The notes: generated by a model not told the origin, from the letters alone. Positions 49,370 through 61,651 are shown, counted from the stretch's first letter. The stretch: 64,000 nt of DNA from Nitrospirota bacterium (GCA_963737155.1 CAVTRN010000002.1:1760001-1824000); one strand, 5' to 3'. Program-made: numbers and translations.

Positions 49370-50863
49370 ATGAAGGAAACTTCGCCTAATCAGGAACTTC
49401 ATCATGAAATATTCGGTTCTATCCTTGATCGAACCGAAATGACACCCTTTCTTCTGCTGCCTGCGAGGGACTACGCCACTTCTCTCAAACAGGCGACGAA
49501 GATGATGGCCAACCGCGGATTTGACACGCTCGGCAGTGATGAATTGCGTGAGGGCGAGCGCGAAAGGGCAGTGCAATACATAAAACGTGCTTATGACTAT
49601 TTTTTCTGCGAGCTTTTTCCTTTTGTAACTAATCAGCTTGAAGGTCTCATCGCGCTGAAGTCTCCGAACGCGGATTGTTACCGTAAATGCCTGATCGCTA
49701 TTCAAAAAACGGCTTCACTGCTGCAGGACCATTCTTTCCGGGACATCGTGGACGAAGATCCACGCCATCTCTTTCTCCTTGCATCGTCGCGCAAATATCC
49801 ACTTGCTTTTTCCGGTTACGGGGGAAGGGACCTTGAATTACCAGAGTTGTGGCAACAAGGGGCTTGTTGTCTTCTCAAGATGGGACATCTGATCAAATCG
49901 ATTGAAGAGGACAGCCAGGACATCAATGATTACGTCCAACTCGGTTTTTTTCTGGAGAAGCAGGGCCGGCGGCTCGATGATCTCTACTCTTACGATTGGA
50001 AACATCCAAAGCAAATTCCCGATAATGAAGCGGCTCAAAGGGCTTTCGTCAAGATTTCCACGTTTTTTAACCGCATGAACGAGTCCCTCACTTTTGATCA
50101 ATTCAGAGACTGTCTGGTCTTCAATAGCGGGGACGGAGTTGAAGTCGATATTGTTGATATCAAGGCGCGGTTGAAGAGTCCGGCGAGCATGGTCACCAAA
50201 CTAGGGAAGGATTTGGAAGGGGAGGCATACGACATCAGGGACATCCTTGCCATCACGTTTATATTACGCAATATGGATGATACGCTGAAACTCTTTCATG
50301 CCCTTCAGAAACGAGGGGTGATTCTGCAGGAAAACACGGCTTCACATTCCATAACGCAGACACTCTTCGAGAACCCGGAAAGCATGCGGGAAGCAGTCCG
50401 CAGGCTGGTGGCGAGTCTCGTCAAAAGCGAGGGAGGCGGCGAGATGTACAGCGATGAACGTCTACTCGCCCATGCAAGAGAGTTTTATGAAGCGTTGGGA
50501 GTGAATGCGGAAAAGAATGTCCACACCTCGCGGGGCCACCGGAAATTCCAGTGCAAAATTGCTTTTTCCCTTCCGATCCACCGCTCCGCGGAAACAAACG
50601 AGATCATGGTCCCGGGCACGCAGTTGTATATGGCAAGAGATCAAGTCCGCAAAAAAACGGAGCAGCACACACTGTGCGTGGAATTGCGGATAACCGATGA
50701 GGAGAGCTGGAAAAATTCTGAACGAAAGGGCGATTCTCATCACGATGCCTATAAATTCCGCCAGTTGGTTTCGGTGATGAACCGGGTGTTCAAGAATTTG
50801 TTCCACATGCCGGAAGATAGCTTACCCCAACTCCGCAAAGATCAGGCAGCCTTGTTCGCATGA
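49370..50863 (+). CDS. Hypothetical protein with a divergent RelA/SpoT-like nucleotidyltransferase domain
   Basis: ARLKSPASMVTK, DIRDILAITFI, VELRI, HHDAYK parallel RxKxxxSxxxK, D..G.R, EIQI and HxxYK of RSH synthetases. Confidence 0.65.
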   Translation: MKETSPNQELHHEIFGSILDRTEMTPFLLLPARDYATSLKQATKMMANRGFDTLGSDELREGERERAVQYIKRAYDYFFCELFPFVTNQLEGLIALKSPNADCYRKCLIAIQKTASLLQDHSFRDIVDEDPRHLFLLASSRKYPLAFSGYGGRDLELPELWQQGACCLLKMGHLIKSIEEDSQDINDYVQLGFFLEKQGRRLDDLYSYDWKHPKQIPDNEAAQRAFVKISTFFNRMNESLTFDQFRDCLVFNSGDGVEVDIVDIKARLKSPASMVTKLGKDLEGEAYDIRDILAITFILRNMDDTLKLFHALQKRGVILQENTASHSITQTLFENPESMREAVRRLVASLVKSEGGGEMYSDERLLAHAREFYEALGVNAEKNVHTSRGHRKFQCKIAFSLPIHRSAETNEIMVPGTQLYMARDQVRKKTEQHTLCVELRITDEESWKNSERKGDSHHDAYKFRQLVSVMNRVFKNLFHMPEDSLPQLRKDQAALFA

Positions 50864-51184
50864 AAATCGGGATAAGAGCGGTATACAGCGGAAGGCAGAT
50901 GCTACAAGCCCTAAGAGATGAAAGTCGGCTGATAAGACAGAATTTAAAAGCATCAAAACGAAAATACTCGAGACGGCTTGTAGTGGCGCTTTTCCGAAGC
51001 TTCAACATTGCGTGCAGGCGACACTGCAAAACGACTCATCATGTGGTAATCCGGCATACATGAATACCAATCGCTCTGAGACTGCTTGTTCGTAGGTGCC
51101 GTTTCCTTTAATAAGTATCACTTTTCCCTTGCATTATTCTTTCATCTGTGTTAAAAGAACACAACACTCTGGGAAGTTCCCTTT

Positions 51185-51220
51185 AGAGTGGGCATTTGCA
51201 TCTGCCCACTCTTTTTATTT
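51185..51220 (+). promoter_or_regulatory. rimP leader hairpin (terminator-like attenuator)
   Basis: AGAGTGGGCA/TGCCCACTCT stem plus T run directly before rimP; a hairpin of this form is common upstream of rimP-nusA-infB. Confidence 0.75.
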
Positions 51221-51230
51221 GGGGTTTAAA

Positions 51231-51692
51231 TTGGCTGATTTAACGGAACAAATAAGGCAGCTGCTGGACCCGATTCTGAAGTCTATCGGGCTCACCCTCT
51301 GGGACATGGAGTTTCAGAAGCATGGGCCTCAATGGATGCTAAGGATCTATATTGACCGGGAGGATGCCGGGGTAACGCTAAACGACTGCGAGGTCGTGAG
51401 CAGGGACTTGGGAATGGCGTTGGACGTTGAGGACATTATTCCTCACGCCTACAATCTGGAAGTCTCGTCTCCGGGACTAGATCGGACGTTGAGCAAGCCA
51501 GAACATTTTACCCGGTTTTCAGGTAGCGCAATCAAAATCAAGACATATCAGCAGATCAACGGCCAGAAAGTGTTCCAGGGAAAACTGCTTGGTTTGGAAG
51601 GCGATATGGTAAGGATTGAAATGGAAACGGGGACTGTCATTGAAATCCCAATAAGCGCCATTGCAAAGACCTCTCTTGAGGTAAAGTTTTAA
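51231..51692 (+). CDS. rimP: Ribosome maturation factor RimP
   Basis: LRIYID, DCEVVSR, YNLEVSSPGLDR; TTG start. Confidence 0.93.
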   Translation: MADLTEQIRQLLDPILKSIGLTLWDMEFQKHGPQWMLRIYIDREDAGVTLNDCEVVSRDLGMALDVEDIIPHAYNLEVSSPGLDRTLSKPEHFTRFSGSAIKIKTYQQINGQKVFQGKLLGLEGDMVRIEMETGTVIEIPISAIAKTSLEVKF

Positions 51693-51805
51693 GGAAAGCG
51701 CTGCTTTTGATCCGCGACCATTTGGCCGCGTGTTTTGCGCCCCGCTGAACAGGGCGAATGTCTTATTATCATCCAATAAGAATTTGTTCAAGAGGAGAAG
51801 AACTT

Positions 51806-53158
51806 ATGAGTCAGGAATTAGTTCATGTGATCGACCAGATCAGCAAGGAAAAAGGCATATCCAAAGAGATGGTGATCGAAGCCGTTGAATCAGCCTTGGT
51901 AAGCGCAGCCAAGAAGAAATATGGCGCCCAACGCATCGCCGTGCAGATCGACCCGAAACGGGGAGACATCGTCATGTACGCATACAAAAAAGTAGTGCAA
52001 GACGTTGCCAATCCCGACGAAGAAATAACGCTAGAAGAGGCGCAAACGCTTTATCCCGAGGCTCAGATGGAAGGCGAGGTGCCGATCCAGGTCGAGTTCG
52101 AGGGGTTCGGCCGGATCGCGGCTCAGACAGCACGGCAGGTCATAGTCCAGAAAGTGCGCGAAGCCGAGCGTGACGTTATCTTCAAGGAGTTCAACGACAA
52201 GATTGGACAACTCGTCAACGGTATTGTGCTACGTCATGAGAAGGGGGCATACTACATCGATCTGGGCAAGACTGAAGCGGTGCTGCCCGCACGCGAACAG
52301 GTTCCCCGCGAGAGCTACAGGCGCGGCGACCGTATCAGGGCGTATGTTATGGAGGTCCGGGATACTTCAAAGGGACCCCAGGTCGTGCTCTCCCGCGCTC
52401 ATCCCGAATTCGTCTCCCGCCTCTTCGAGATGGAAGTACCCGAAATTTACGAGAACATCGTGGAAGTCAAAGGCGTCGTACGCGAAGCAGGCGACCGTAC
52501 TAAGATTGCCGTGTCTTCCAAGGAGTCTCAGGTCGACCCTGTGGGGGCATGCGTGGGCATGAAGGGGTCTCGCGTTCAGGCCGTTGTCCGTGAACTGAAG
52601 GGCGAGAAGATCGATATCATCCCGTGGTCCGAAGACCCGCGCACTTTTATCGCGAAAGCGCTCAGCCCGGCAGTGGTCGAGAAGGTCGGCGTTACCGAGG
52701 AAGACCGATCCGCCTTGGCCGTGGTTGCCGATACACAGCTTTCGCTCGCCATAGGCAAAAAGGGCCAGAATGTCAGGCTGGCCGCCAAACTGACGGGCTG
52801 GAAGATAGATATCTTGAGTGAATCGGAATACGATCAAGAACGCCAGAAAGAACGCGAGCAGGAGATTGAGGCAGCGATCGTGGAAGAGACGCGCAAAATG
52901 GCTGAAGAAACAGAGGCCGCGGAAACCATGGAATCCGAAGCCGCGGCAGACGCGGCAGGGATTGCAGCAGACATCGCCGGTCTTACCGCAATTGAGGGAG
53001 TCGATGATAAGATAGCGGAGAAGCTGAGAGAGGCGGGCTATGACACGGTAGATAAAATCGCTGCTATGTCTGATGAGGATATTCTCGCGGTTCCCGGCAT
53101 TGGCGCGAATTCCGCTCAGGAAATTCTCCAGTCGGCGAGGGCACTTATCAAGAAGTAG
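51806..53158 (+). CDS. nusA: Transcription termination factor NusA
   Basis: FGRIAAQTARQ, S1, KH domains DPVGACVGMKGSRV and AIGKKGQNVRLA, C-terminal HhH repeat. Confidence 0.97.
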   Translation: MSQELVHVIDQISKEKGISKEMVIEAVESALVSAAKKKYGAQRIAVQIDPKRGDIVMYAYKKVVQDVANPDEEITLEEAQTLYPEAQMEGEVPIQVEFEGFGRIAAQTARQVIVQKVREAERDVIFKEFNDKIGQLVNGIVLRHEKGAYYIDLGKTEAVLPAREQVPRESYRRGDRIRAYVMEVRDTSKGPQVVLSRAHPEFVSRLFEMEVPEIYENIVEVKGVVREAGDRTKIAVSSKESQVDPVGACVGMKGSRVQAVVRELKGEKIDIIPWSEDPRTFIAKALSPAVVEKVGVTEEDRSALAVVADTQLSLAIGKKGQNVRLAAKLTGWKIDILSESEYDQERQKEREQEIEAAIVEETRKMAEETEAAETMESEAAADAAGIAADIAGLTAIEGVDDKIAEKLREAGYDTVDKIAAMSDEDILAVPGIGANSAQEILQSARALIKK

Positions 53159-53184
53159 GGCTTGAATTTGTTTGTCGGGGGATC

Positions 53185-53766
53185 ATGAAGCACCAACCGG
53201 AAAGAACCTGTATTGGCTGTCGAACCACGATGAATAAGGACGAGGTCATCAGGCTCGTGGCTGGGCCAGACGGAATCCTGGTAGACTACCGGGAGAAGCT
53301 GCCCGGTCGCGCGGCATACATCTGTCCCCGGAAGGATTGTATAGAAAAGGCGCTCATGAAGGATACGCTCGCAAAGGCGCTTAGACTTAAGTTCCAGCCC
53401 CCGAAAGTGGCTTACTTCATGTCGCAGTTGGAAACGATTGTCAGTGAGAAGATCAAATCGCTCCTGGCCATTTCGATGAAGGCGAGCAGGATTGCAGTAG
53501 GATATTCGGCAGTTCATGATGCCTTGGGAAAAGGTCGTGTTTTTCTCCTGCTGTATGCTACTGACGTCTCTGAAGGAACGAAGGATAAAGTTGAAGTTGA
53601 CGGCTTGGTATCAACCCGGCAGGCAACGCTTTTTACTCGGAACGAGTACGGCCAAATTTTGAATCGAGAACTGGTCGGTGTCGTTGCCATCCTCGACGAA
53701 GGGCTCGCTGATTCGTTGTGGAATGAGATTGTGAGATTAAAGAACTTGATAAATAGAGGTAAGTAG
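53185..53766 (+). CDS. Fused YlxR (DUF448) and YlxQ (L7Ae-like) RNA-binding protein
   Basis: PERTCIGCR, GRAAYIC, CIEKA followed by LLAISMKASRIAVG, ATDVS, GVVAILDEGLA. Confidence 0.85.
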   Translation: MKHQPERTCIGCRTTMNKDEVIRLVAGPDGILVDYREKLPGRAAYICPRKDCIEKALMKDTLAKALRLKFQPPKVAYFMSQLETIVSEKIKSLLAISMKASRIAVGYSAVHDALGKGRVFLLLYATDVSEGTKDKVEVDGLVSTRQATLFTRNEYGQILNRELVGVVAILDEGLADSLWNEIVRLKNLINRGK

Positions 53767-53813
53767 GGTAAAATATTCTATTACATTAGAACTACTCGGG
53801 GGTAAGTGATTTT

Positions 53814-56423
53814 ATGACCGTAATCAGGGTACATGAGCTGGCAAAAAAAATGGGGGTTGAAAGCAAGGATCTCATTTCGGTGCTTGAGAAGATGGGTATT
53901 ATGGAAAAGACCCCGTCCAGCGGACTCGATGACAAGGAAACAAAATCCCTGATTGAGAAGCTGAAGGCAATACGGAAGGAAAAGGAAAAGGAAAAAGAAA
54001 AATCAAAAAAAGAAAAAGAGTCCGTTGACCCGCAGCTTTCCAAAGAAGAGCGGCTGAGGAAGGCCGCGGCTCTAATCGGTAAATTTTCTTCCACGCTTGA
54101 AAAACCCGGCGCGAAACCGAAACCCGCGCCTATTCCTCCCATGCCGAAACCGGTCATGCCGGCGCCTCCAGTCATTCCTCCGGCTGCTCAGGTCAAGGAG
54201 GCTCAGCCGGTGACGACTGAGGAAATGAATCATGCTCCCGCACCTCAGCCCGCGCAAACGACTCAAACAGTGCACCGTCCACAGGCTGTGACGCGTCCGC
54301 AGACAATGCCGACTCGTCCTTCGCCGGTGCATCCTGGCGCCGGCCGTCCCCAACCAGGGCAGCGTCCTTTCGGCGGGCAGCCGCGTCCCGCGCGTCCCTT
54401 TGAAAAAACAACTTTTGGTTCGCCCGTTTTGGAGCCCTCGCAAATCCCTGTTTCGCTCGTTCCGCCCGCTGCAGGAAAACAGCCACCGAAGAAAAAGTGG
54501 CAGAAGAAACAGTCCGACTATGGGCAGAAACAAGAACGGGAATTCCGGGAAAAACCTTCTTTTAAAAAGCTTCCTGATCTGAAGACACTCCCGTCCGGCA
54601 AAAGACCGCTCAAGAAAGACGAACGGCACGGGCAGCAGACTGATCTGGCTGAAATCACGAAGCCGAGAAAAAAAGTAGTCAAGATCCAAGAAGGGTGCAC
54701 GATCAAGGAATTCGCTGAAGTCATGGGCCAGAAAGTGGGCGACGTTATCAAGAAGCTCATGGCTGTGGGAGTCATGGCGACCCAGAACCAGCCCATGGAC
54801 ATGGATGCGGCTTTGCTCATGGCTGAAGAATACGGAGTTAAAGCAGAAATCGCGAGCATCGAATCGGCAGAGGACATTCTCGAGGAGAAGGCCGATGCAG
54901 TCGATACAATGGTGGCGAGACCTCCCGTGGTTACGATCATGGGTCATGTGGACCACGGAAAAACGTCCCTCCTCGATTCGATTCGTGAAACAAATGTGGT
55001 TTCTAGGGAAGCGGGCGGCATCACGCAGCATATCGGTGCCTACCAAGTCAGCCTTAAAGGGAGAGACATCACGTTTCTGGATACCCCTGGGCATGCGGCG
55101 TTTACAGCCATGCGCGCGCGCGGTGCCCAGGTCACGGACATCGTGATTCTTGTTGTGGCCGCCGACGACGGCGTCATGCCGCAGACCCGAGAGGCGATCA
55201 GTCACGCAAAAGCGGCGAGCGTTCCGATCATTGTTGCTATCAACAAGATAGACAAACCCGAGGCAAAACCCGATCGGGTCAAACAGGAACTTTCCGAATT
55301 CGATCTCATTCCGGAAGAATGGGGCGGGCAAACAATTTTCTGCGAGGTATCGGCAAAGAAAAAACTGGGGTTGGAACACCTGCTTGAGATGATACTCATT
55401 CAGGCCGACGTACTCGAGCTCAAGGCGAATCCGAACAAGATGGCGCGAGGGACGATCATCGAAGCGAAGCTGGATAGGGGCCGGGGGCCGGTTGCAACAG
55501 TACTCGTGCAGTCCGGGTCACTGAAGGGCGGAGATATCTTCGTAACCGGTATGCAGTTCGGCAGGGTTCGGGCGCTTATCAACGACAAGGGAGAGCGAAC
55601 CGAGCAGGCAGGCCCGTCGGTTCCAGTGGAGGTCATCGGATTCTCCGGCGTCCCGCTCGCGGGGGACCGTTTTTTGGTCCTTGAAGAAGAACGGAAGGCC
55701 CGGTTGATCGCGGAGACCAGACAGGCAAAACAGCGGACGACCGAAATGGCCAACATGAAAAAAGTCACGCTTGAAGACCTCCATACCCAAATTCAGGAAG
55801 GAATGGTCAAGGAGCTGAACATCGTTATCAAGGCCGACGTGTCGGGATCCGCAGGCGCGATCGTTGATTCACTGGAAAAACTTTCCACCCCGGCTGTCAA
55901 GCTCAAGGTCATCCACAGTTCCGTCGGTGCTATCACCGAAACCGATGTAATGCTCGCCGCGGCATCAAATGCCATTATTATCGGCTTCAGTGTCCGTCCA
56001 GAGCCTAAAGCGACCGATCTCGCCCAGAGGGAAGGTGTTGATATCCGTCTTTACAACATCATCTACAACGCCATTGACGATATCAAGGCGGCGATGGAGG
56101 GCCTGCTCGAACCAACGCTTAAAGAACGCATTTTAGGCCACGCAGAAGTCCGCCAGACCTTCCATGTTTCGAAGATCGGCACGATTGCGGGGTCCTATGT
56201 CATTGACGGCATCATGTCGAGGCAGAACGACGGCGTTAGAGTGCTTCGCGACAATGTGCTGGTTTATGAAGGCAAGCTCCATTCGCTGAAACGGTTCAAG
56301 GATGATGTGCGCGAAGTCCAGTCGGGATACGAATGCGGCATCGGTGTCGAAAACTTCAACGACATCAAGGTGGGCGACATAATTGAAGCGTTTGTAATCG
56401 AAAAGATGGCTACAAAACTGTAA
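53814..56423 (+). CDS. infB: Translation initiation factor IF-2
   Basis: [45 protein letters not shown]. Confidence 0.98.
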   Translation: MTVIRVHELAKKMGVESKDLISVLEKMGIMEKTPSSGLDDKETKSLIEKLKAIRKEKEKEKEKSKKEKESVDPQLSKEERLRKAAALIGKFSSTLEKPGAKPKPAPIPPMPKPVMPAPPVIPPAAQVKEAQPVTTEEMNHAPAPQPAQTTQTVHRPQAVTRPQTMPTRPSPVHPGAGRPQPGQRPFGGQPRPARPFEKTTFGSPVLEPSQIPVSLVPPAAGKQPPKKKWQKKQSDYGQKQEREFREKPSFKKLPDLKTLPSGKRPLKKDERHGQQTDLAEITKPRKKVVKIQEGCTIKEFAEVMGQKVGDVIKKLMAVGVMATQNQPMDMDAALLMAEEYGVKAEIASIESAEDILEEKADAVDTMVARPPVVTIMGHVDHGKTSLLDSIRETNVVSREAGGITQHIGAYQVSLKGRDITFLDTPGHAAFTAMRARGAQVTDIVILVVAADDGVMPQTREAISHAKAASVPIIVAINKIDKPEAKPDRVKQELSEFDLIPEEWGGQTIFCEVSAKKKLGLEHLLEMILIQADVLELKANPNKMARGTIIEAKLDRGRGPVATVLVQSGSLKGGDIFVTGMQFGRVRALINDKGERTEQAGPSVPVEVIGFSGVPLAGDRFLVLEEERKARLIAETRQAKQRTTEMANMKKVTLEDLHTQIQEGMVKELNIVIKADVSGSAGAIVDSLEKLSTPAVKLKVIHSSVGAITETDVMLAAASNAIIIGFSVRPEPKATDLAQREGVDIRLYNIIYNAIDDIKAAMEGLLEPTLKERILGHAEVRQTFHVSKIGTIAGSYVIDGIMSRQNDGVRVLRDNVLVYEGKLHSLKRFKDDVREVQSGYECGIGVENFNDIKVGDIIEAFVIEKMATKL

Positions 56424-56524
56424 CTATCGGAGACATCATCGGCGGCCAGTAACGGCTATCCCGAAACATGGCTTCACCGGGAAAATTTAAAAACTGCAGT
56501 ACGAGCAGATTGTTATCGAAGGTT

Positions 56525-56806
56525 ATGTTCATTGGCGTTTGCACATTCGAAGTACATGTTCCTGAAAGCGATTCGCTCAAGACCAAGAGACATTCGATTC
56601 GCAGCCTGAAGGACCGGATCCGGAACAAGTTCAATGTATCAGTGGCTGAAGTTGAAGACAACGACCTCTGGCAGAAAGCATGCCTGGCAGTAGCCGCAGT
56701 GAGCAACGATAAAGCCCACCTTAACAAGACACTGGATCATGTCCTGGAAATGGTCCGTGGCGTTCCTGAGCTGAGTCTTCTGGATTATCAGATAGAGATT
56801 TTTTGA
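56525..56806 (+). CDS. DUF503 (YlxP) family protein
   Basis: [19 protein letters not shown]; conserved position between infB and rbfA. Confidence 0.9.
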   Translation: MFIGVCTFEVHVPESDSLKTKRHSIRSLKDRIRNKFNVSVAEVEDNDLWQKACLAVAAVSNDKAHLNKTLDHVLEMVRGVPELSLLDYQIEIF

Positions 56807-56895
56807 AACGGAGTACAGCTGACGGAACACAGGTGCAGGCAGTGTTGCTTATGCTTGTCTTCCGATCAGTTTGCTCTTTTTATCAAAGGATGATT

Positions 56896-57273
56896 ATGTC
56901 CAAACCGACCTATAAAAGAGCGGAACGTATCAGTGACCAGATGAAAGAGGAAGTCGCTGACATCCTCATGCGCAAGATTAAAGATCCCCGGATCGGCTTC
57001 GTCACGGTCACGGATGTCGAAGTCGCCGATGATCTGCGGAACGCAAAGGTATTTGTGAGCATCTACGGCGGAGACAAGGATAAAACGCTCAAGGGTCTGG
57101 AGAGCGCATCGGCATTCATCCGGTCGGAATTGGGGAGGCGCATGAGATTGAGATACACGCCTGAGATCCTGTTCCGTTTCGATAAAACTGTGGAGGAGGG
57201 TGCCCATATCATGGAACTCCTGCGCACCCTGGAAGAGGACAAAGAAAAGAAGAATGATCACGGAGATGAGTGA
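56896..57273 (+). CDS. rbfA: Ribosome-binding factor A
   Basis: [31 protein letters not shown]. Confidence 0.95.
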   Translation: MSKPTYKRAERISDQMKEEVADILMRKIKDPRIGFVTVTDVEVADDLRNAKVFVSIYGGDKDKTLKGLESASAFIRSELGRRMRLRYTPEILFRFDKTVEEGAHIMELLRTLEEDKEKKNDHGDE

Positions 57274-58267
57274 CCCCGGAAGAATTATAGCAGCACTGCA
57301 GAAGTGTACGACAGTACTGCTTTCCGTACACATCAGCCCTGACGGTGATGCCCTTGGATCACAGCTTGCCCTTATGCTCGCACTGGAAAAAATAGGCAAA
57401 ACCGTGACGGCACACAATCTTGACCCCGTCCCGGAGATTTATAGATTCCTGCCCCATGCTGACCGCATTAGGACAGGCCATCCCGTAACAGGCAGGTATG
57501 ATGCTGCTATCGTGCTCGATGCCGATCCGCCCCGCACCGGACTTTTTGACGCGACACCGCCGGCGAATGTCCTTATAAATATCGACCATCATATTACAAA
57601 TTCCTCTTCTTGGTCGAACACGTGGCTTGATCCCGAAGCTGCGGCCACAGGCGAGATGATCTATAATCTGATACAGCAGTTTGGCATTCCCGTCGATCGT
57701 GATATTGCGCTTTGCCTGTACACCGCGATTTTTACCGATACAGGATCATTTCGCTACTCTAATACATCGCCGAAGAGCATGAAAATTTCAGCGAATCTTC
57801 TCGAAGCTGGCGCTGATCCCTGGCTTGTAACGGAAAACGTTTACGAATCCTTCGCCTTCAGACGTCTGAAATTGCTCGGAAGCGTTCTGACCGGTTTGGA
57901 ACGGAGTGAAGACGGGTGCGTAGCTTGGGTCGTCGTAACCGATGAAATGTACCGCCGGACCGGAACATCGGCAGAGGATACTGACAATTTTATCAATTTT
58001 GTCAGGTCCGTAAAAGGCGTTGAAGTTGCAGTCCTGTTTCGTCAGACCAGTGCTGACGAATACAAGATCAGCCTGCGATCGAAAGGGCGCATTGATCTTT
58101 CGGAACTGGCGCGGTCTTTCGGCGGAGGCGGCCATAAGAACGCCGCGGGCGGCAAAGTGCGAGGACCACTCCAAGAGGCAACGAGAAAAGTCATCGGCGC
58201 GGTGGAGAAAGCCGTGTCGGCACAGCTTGGCTCCGGGGGTATGGTCCTCGATGGACGGCATACTTAA
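57254..58267 (+). CDS. nrnA: DHH/DHHA1 phosphoesterase (NrnA)
   Basis: [35 protein letters not shown]. Confidence 0.92.
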   Translation: MITEMSDPGRIIAALQKCTTVLLSVHISPDGDALGSQLALMLALEKIGKTVTAHNLDPVPEIYRFLPHADRIRTGHPVTGRYDAAIVLDADPPRTGLFDATPPANVLINIDHHITNSSSWSNTWLDPEAAATGEMIYNLIQQFGIPVDRDIALCLYTAIFTDTGSFRYSNTSPKSMKISANLLEAGADPWLVTENVYESFAFRRLKLLGSVLTGLERSEDGCVAWVVVTDEMYRRTGTSAEDTDNFINFVRSVKGVEVAVLFRQTSADEYKISLRSKGRIDLSELARSFGGGGHKNAAGGKVRGPLQEATRKVIGAVEKAVSAQLGSGGMVLDGRHT

Positions 58268-59147
58268 TATTAACAAGCCGGCGGGCATGACGTCTCACGA
58301 CGTGGTGCAGCTTGCGCGCCGTCTGCTTAGAGAAAAAAGGATCGGTCACACCGGGACCCTTGATCCGCTTGCAACGGGCGTATTGGTTCTCTGTATCGGC
58401 CAAGCCACCCGGATAGCGCAATATCTCGAGGCCGGTGAAAAGGAATACCGCGCAATAATGCGGCTCGGCGTCACAACTGACACGCTTGATGCGGAAGGAC
58501 GGGTCCTTGAGACCAGCACATATATAGTTCCGGACCGCGAAACTTTGCTCCGGGTGATGCAGGAATTCACCGGCACAATCATGCAGAGCCCGCCGGCATT
58601 TTCAGCGGTGAAAATCGCAGGTGTGCCATCGCACAGACTGGCGAGGCAGGGCAAGGCAAAACCGAACAAACCGAGACAGGCGACGATTCACAGCATCGAA
58701 CTTACTGCATTCGATGATCCACTCGTAAGCCTGACGGTCCGATGCGCGAAGGGTGTATACATCCGGTCCCTCTGTGCCGATATAGGTGTTGTCCTTAATG
58801 CAGGCGCACACCTGACATGCCTGCAACGGACGAGGTCAGGAAGCTTCAGTATCGATACAGCCATAACCATAGAAACGCTCGCAAGAATGGCCGAAGCAGG
58901 AACGGTGGCTGCCGTAATGACATCCATCGATGACGCGCTGGCTGAATTCCCCGCTGTCGAGCTGGGTAATGCCGAAGCAGGAAGAGTGATCCACGGCAAC
59001 AAGGTGGATTGCCCCGCGGCTGATAGGGGCCTAAACACCAGACGCGGTTTGGTAAGAGTCCATGACAGCCATGGCCGGATGCTCGCCCTTGCGCGGCACG
59101 ACGGCATCACGATTTTCCCGGAATTGGTTTTTTCTTGCGATATTTGA
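58251..59147 (+). CDS. truB: tRNA pseudouridine(55) synthase
   Basis: KPAGMTSHDVV, GHTGTLDPLATGVL, PPAFSAVK, GVYIRSL. Confidence 0.96.
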   Translation: MDGILNINKPAGMTSHDVVQLARRLLREKRIGHTGTLDPLATGVLVLCIGQATRIAQYLEAGEKEYRAIMRLGVTTDTLDAEGRVLETSTYIVPDRETLLRVMQEFTGTIMQSPPAFSAVKIAGVPSHRLARQGKAKPNKPRQATIHSIELTAFDDPLVSLTVRCAKGVYIRSLCADIGVVLNAGAHLTCLQRTRSGSFSIDTAITIETLARMAEAGTVAAVMTSIDDALAEFPAVELGNAEAGRVIHGNKVDCPAADRGLNTRRGLVRVHDSHGRMLALARHDGITIFPELVFSCDI

Positions 59148-59223
59148 ATAAAATACTTTACAACATGCTGTAAATATGATAATTTAGGCCGCTTCAGAAT
59201 TTTTGCGAAAGGAGGGTACGGTT

Positions 59224-59487
59224 ATGGATAAAGAACAGAAAACAAGTCTGATTAGCACCTATCGCAGGCATGCATCGGATACGGGTTCTCCGGAAGTGCA
59301 GATCGCTCTTTTAAGCGGACGCATCAGCCACTTGACGGAGCACCTGCAGGCGCACAAGCAAGACCACCATTCACGGAGAGGCCTCCTGAAAATGGTTGGC
59401 CAGCGTCGGCGTCATCTGGACTACTTGAAGAAAAATGATCTGGACCGTTACCGTCAGGTCATAGACCAACTCGGTATACGCAAATAA
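59224..59487 (+). CDS. rpsO: 30S ribosomal protein S15
   Basis: [29 protein letters not shown]; AAGGAGG SD. Confidence 0.97.
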   Translation: MDKEQKTSLISTYRRHASDTGSPEVQIALLSGRISHLTEHLQAHKQDHHSRRGLLKMVGQRRRHLDYLKKNDLDRYRQVIDQLGIRK

Positions 59488-59516
59488 CTTTACAAGCGAA
59501 TGAAAAGTGAGGTTTC

Positions 59517-61613
59517 ATGGTAACAACGGTGGAAACAGAAATAGGCGGCAGGCGGCTGATATTGGAAACAGGGCAGATGGCCAAGCAGGCAAGTGGCGCG
59601 GTCGTTGCTCGGTACGGTGATACCGTTGTCCTGTCAACGGCAGTGGCTTCCAAGGTGGAACGGGAAAATGTGGATTTTCTCCCCTTGACGGTGGACTACC
59701 AGGAAAAAGCCTACGCCGCGGGAAGAATTCCGGGTGGTTTTTTTAAACGTGAAGGCCGGCAAAGTGAGAAGGAAATACTCTCCTCGCGTCTTATCGATCG
59801 TCCGATCAGACCATTGTTCCCTGACGGATACTATTACGATACGCAGATTATTGCATCAGTACTCTCAATCGGCGATGAAAGTTCCATGGATCTAATGGGT
59901 ATGATCGCATCATCGGCCGCTCTCGCGATATCAGATATTCCCTTCAGGGGACCTATTGGTGCCGTGCGGGTCGGCTTTGTCGACGGCAAGTTCATTATCA
60001 ATCCGGGCCAAAAGGAACTGGAGACGACGCTTCTTAACCTCGTCGTGGCAGGCACCGCGGATGCCATCATGATGGTAGAGGGGGGGGCAAATGAGTTGTC
60101 CGAGGACCAGATGCTCGAGGCCCTCGGTGTTGCCCATCGTGAAATCAAAAAGATCGTTGCGTTTCAGAATGAACTTGTATCCAAGGTCGGGAAGCCGAAA
60201 CGGTCCGTTAAGATGGTGGAGATCGACAAGGACCTTGCCCGGCAGGTGGCTGCATTAGCCATAGACCAGCTTCGGACTGCAATCGTCATCCCAAACAAGC
60301 TGGAGCGTCAGAAGACCCTTGATGTCCTGCTTGACGAAATCAAGCAGAAGCTCAAAAAAGAAGATGATCCGACGAGGAGCCGGCAAATCTCAACAATCTT
60401 TTTCGATATCGAAAAAGACGAGGTGCGAAAGATCATCCTTGAGAAAAACATTCGCGCAGATGGTAGAAAACCGGACCAGATAAGGCCGATAAGCTCGTCC
60501 GTTGGCCTTCTTCCCCGAACCCACGGATCGGCTCTTTTTACCCGTGGTGAGACCCAGGCTCTGGTAGTAACCACCCTGGGGACCTCCGAGGATGAACAGC
60601 GGATAGACTCGCTCGAAGGCGAATATTTCAAAACTTTTATGCTTCATTATAATTTCCCGCCCTTCAGCGTCGGCGAAACCAAGCCCCTCCGGGGACCGGG
60701 AAGGCGGGAGGTAGGTCACGGAGCGCTGGCAGAACGCGCTCTCAAAGCAATGGTGCCTACGAAGCAGGAGTTCCCCTATACAATAAGGCTCGTATCCGAT
60801 ATTCTGGAATCCAATGGATCATCATCCATGGCCACGGTTTGCGGCGGGACACTGGCGCTCATGGATGCCGGCGTGCCGATCAAAGCACCGGTGGCGGGTA
60901 TCGCCATGGGCCTCATTAAGGAAGGGGAAAGAATCGTCATCCTTTCCGATATCCTAGGACTTGAAGACCATCTGGGAGACATGGATTTTAAGGTTACGGG
61001 CACAAGCAAAGGCATTACCGCGCTTCAGATGGATATGAAGATTGAAGGCATTACGATCGAAACCATGCGGACAGCCCTTCAACAGGCGAAAGACGGGCGG
61101 TTGCATATTCTCGGGAAAATGCTTGAGACGATTGCCGCACCGCGGAACACGCTGAACCCTTTTGCGCCGCGGATTATTACGATGCAGATCAACCCGGATA
61201 AAATCAAAGATGTCATCGGAAGCGGTGGCAAAGTCATCAGGAGCATCGTTGAGCAAACGGGGGCAAAGATCGACATCGAAGACGACGGCACCATCAATAT
61301 TGCGTCTTCCGACGAGGCTGCTGCCAACAAGGCAAAAGAGATCATCAAGGGTATCGTGCAGGAAGCAGAGGTGGGGAAACTCTATATGGGCAAGGTCCGC
61401 AAGATAATGGATTTCGGCGCGTTTGTCGAGATATTTCCCGGCACCGACGGCTTGCTACACATTTCCCAAATCTCTGATAAGAGGATCGAGAAAGTCACTG
61501 ACGAGCTACATGAAGGAGATGAAGTACTCGTGAAGGTGCTAGAAATAGACCGTCAGGGAAAGATCCGGCTGTCTCGGAAAGAAGCATTGCACGACAAGGC
61601 CAAAACACAATAG
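59517..61613 (+). CDS. pnp: Polyribonucleotide nucleotidyltransferase
   Basis: [52 protein letters not shown] and S1. Confidence 0.98.
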   Translation: MVTTVETEIGGRRLILETGQMAKQASGAVVARYGDTVVLSTAVASKVERENVDFLPLTVDYQEKAYAAGRIPGGFFKREGRQSEKEILSSRLIDRPIRPLFPDGYYYDTQIIASVLSIGDESSMDLMGMIASSAALAISDIPFRGPIGAVRVGFVDGKFIINPGQKELETTLLNLVVAGTADAIMMVEGGANELSEDQMLEALGVAHREIKKIVAFQNELVSKVGKPKRSVKMVEIDKDLARQVAALAIDQLRTAIVIPNKLERQKTLDVLLDEIKQKLKKEDDPTRSRQISTIFFDIEKDEVRKIILEKNIRADGRKPDQIRPISSSVGLLPRTHGSALFTRGETQALVVTTLGTSEDEQRIDSLEGEYFKTFMLHYNFPPFSVGETKPLRGPGRREVGHGALAERALKAMVPTKQEFPYTIRLVSDILESNGSSSMATVCGGTLALMDAGVPIKAPVAGIAMGLIKEGERIVILSDILGLEDHLGDMDFKVTGTSKGITALQMDMKIEGITIETMRTALQQAKDGRLHILGKMLETIAAPRNTLNPFAPRIITMQINPDKIKDVIGSGGKVIRSIVEQTGAKIDIEDDGTINIASSDEAAANKAKEIIKGIVQEAEVGKLYMGKVRKIMDFGAFVEIFPGTDGLLHISQISDKRIEKVTDELHEGDEVLVKVLEIDRQGKIRLSRKEALHDKAKTQ

Positions 61614-61651
61614 CATCAGTCAAATCACGAAAGATAAGATGAGTACGGGAG

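Noticed and set aside
54072-55379. 435-aa minus-strand ORF and similar long antisense ORFs (e.g. 12246-13082, 37040-37795)
   Set aside because: Shadows of well-supported genes on the opposite strand
59218-59226. ACG as non-canonical rpsO start matching the usual S15 length
   Set aside because: Too close to the SD; ATG at 59224 has normal spacing
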